Under the pieces are notes generated by a model that ran no database searches, was not told the origin of the DNA, and worked only from the letters and a program-made list of their open reading frames with translations. Below are positions 62,686 through 64,000 of a DNA stretch of 64,000 nt, piece after piece. Within the stretch, counting starts at the first letter, position 1, and each line of letters begins with the position of its first letter. The stretch covers positions 7,502,001 through 7,566,000 of the forward strand of contig CATNEN010000002.1 of the NCBI GenBank assembly GCA_950097015.1. Reading direction: 5' to 3'. The DNA is from Macrostomum hystrix (taxonomy: Eukaryota > Animalia > Platyhelminthes). Position numbers and translations under genes: made by a program.

Positions 62686-63890
62686 GAAGTTGGCGCAGCG
62701 AGTGCATTTTCATCTAAAATCTTGTTTCTGCGAGAAATCTTTATTTTGCGCTTCGTTTTTTTTCTCTGTCGTTTTGTTTTATAACTTTCGCCTCGCCCGT
62801 ACAGTACAGGCTCGTACAGTATGCCGCTCTCCGTCCTCAGAAAACTGACCTCGGCTCCCTGTCGCTTCAGAGATGGTGTTTCGCTTCTCTCTCTTATGAG
62901 ACACTTGAGAGTTGGACAATTAAAACAAGCCCGACTACAATATACAGGCTTTCCATTCGAATTGCCTTTTTCTACTTGGAGCATTGTTGGAGTCCGAGTT
63001 CTAGCTGTTTACTTCTTTCGGCTCGACAGCTGCAGTTGAACTTTCCCCCTCAGCTCAGGGCGGCCCGCGTTCTGACACCTCCAGAGAGCTCCGAGGCAAC
63101 CAATTATGGAGCAATGAGCTGTTCTGAGCTGTCCCTTCCAAAGCAAACTTTCTCGCAGAGCATGAATGAGCGAGTGGAGTGGTCGCTGCAGCTTCAATGC
63201 AAAGCAGGCAGTGGGGCCACGACCTGTGGTGGGCCCCACTGTAAACACACAATGGCAGCGCTTGGGCAAAGACCGAAATTTGGCTCGGGGCCATCGGGTA
63301 GGGAAAGTGACTGCTCAAGACGAGTTAGTGAACGAAAAACTGAGTTCAGGAGAGGGGCTAGGGCGAAGGCCGTTGAGCCGATGTAGGCGTTTGGGCTACG
63401 TTGCAGCATTTGCTGTCATCTGCTGTACTCGCAGAGCCAGTGAAGGACTCGTAGAGAAATGTCTCCTGCAGTCTGTGCTAATTGTGCGTCAAGCATCTAC
63501 TGCTGCAGGCCTTGCATTGTTTTAAGTCTTCAAGTGGACATTTTTGCACGCACTTGGAGAGAAACAATTTTCTAATTCGCGCATCGGTAATGGCGCAGTT
63601 GTGGAATGCTCAGAGCCGTGTGCTCAAGCCTGAGGCTGCTGGGCTGCACCCAGTCCTGAAGTGTGGGGGCGGCGATCCATCGCGCGACCGTTTTTCCGAT
63701 ACAGCACACAATATGGCGAGACGGCATTGTGGATGAAAATTTCATGCATATGGCATCCATACAAACTGGACTCTCCATTCTCAACTAATGCGGATTCGTC
63801 TAAATAGAGTTAAAACTCGTCAGCGTTAGTAAAAGTACATTGCAATCTATTTTAAGCACGAAAATATATCACTTACACTTTGGCTATATA

Positions 63891-63962
63891 GGCTGAGTCA
63901 AGGAATTCTAAATCTAGCCACTTCTAATCAGTTGCTAGATTTAGAACTCCTTGGCTCAGTCC
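63891..63962. other. Isolated 72-nt hairpin (26-bp stem, 2 mismatches)
   Basis: CTGAGTCAAGGAATTCTAAATCTAGC pairs with GCTAGATTTAGAACTCCTTGGCTCAG around a 15-nt loop. Confidence 0.7.
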
Positions 63963-64000
63963 GATTATGAATGACTATGAACTCGGTCTGAGCCCAATTG

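Overview
Eukaryotic (animal) genomic DNA with GC-rich exons, GT-AG introns and about 30 unrelated micro/minisatellite arrays (rough tally about 22 kb, a third of the window). This style plus the RTE-type fragment suggests a flatworm such as Macrostomum (inference only). I reconstructed six complete spliced genes by hand, with exon phases checked. They are a signal peptide + C-type lectin + 4 sushi-like + TM receptor (+, 6011-12132), ULK3 (-, 14289-20988), DCTD (-, 22508-24016), TBCE (-, 24892-30104), a TFCP2/LSF-family transcription factor (+, 33219-38795) and a class-5 semaphorin (+, 47788-61596). Part of an unidentified gene lies at the left edge (-). Mobile DNA includes an internally deleted RTE-like LINE, a tRNA-headed SINE family (3 copies and 1 relic), a hAT/Charlie-type MITE, a Mutator-type MITE and a 255-bp palindromic element carrying a Penelope-type minimal hammerhead ribozyme on each strand. 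The hammerhead palindrome is the most striking signal. Others are minisatellites traceable to seed sequences in transposons, a stop-free in-frame minisatellite intron in TBCE, a sushi-end peptide repeated with synonymous codons in a read-through intron, tandem arrays of B-boxes and CCAAT boxes, and a possibly trans-spliced TBCE-DCTD-ULK3 cluster. Most long ORFs in the supplied track are repeat artefacts. There is no CRISPR array, rRNA or intact tRNA.
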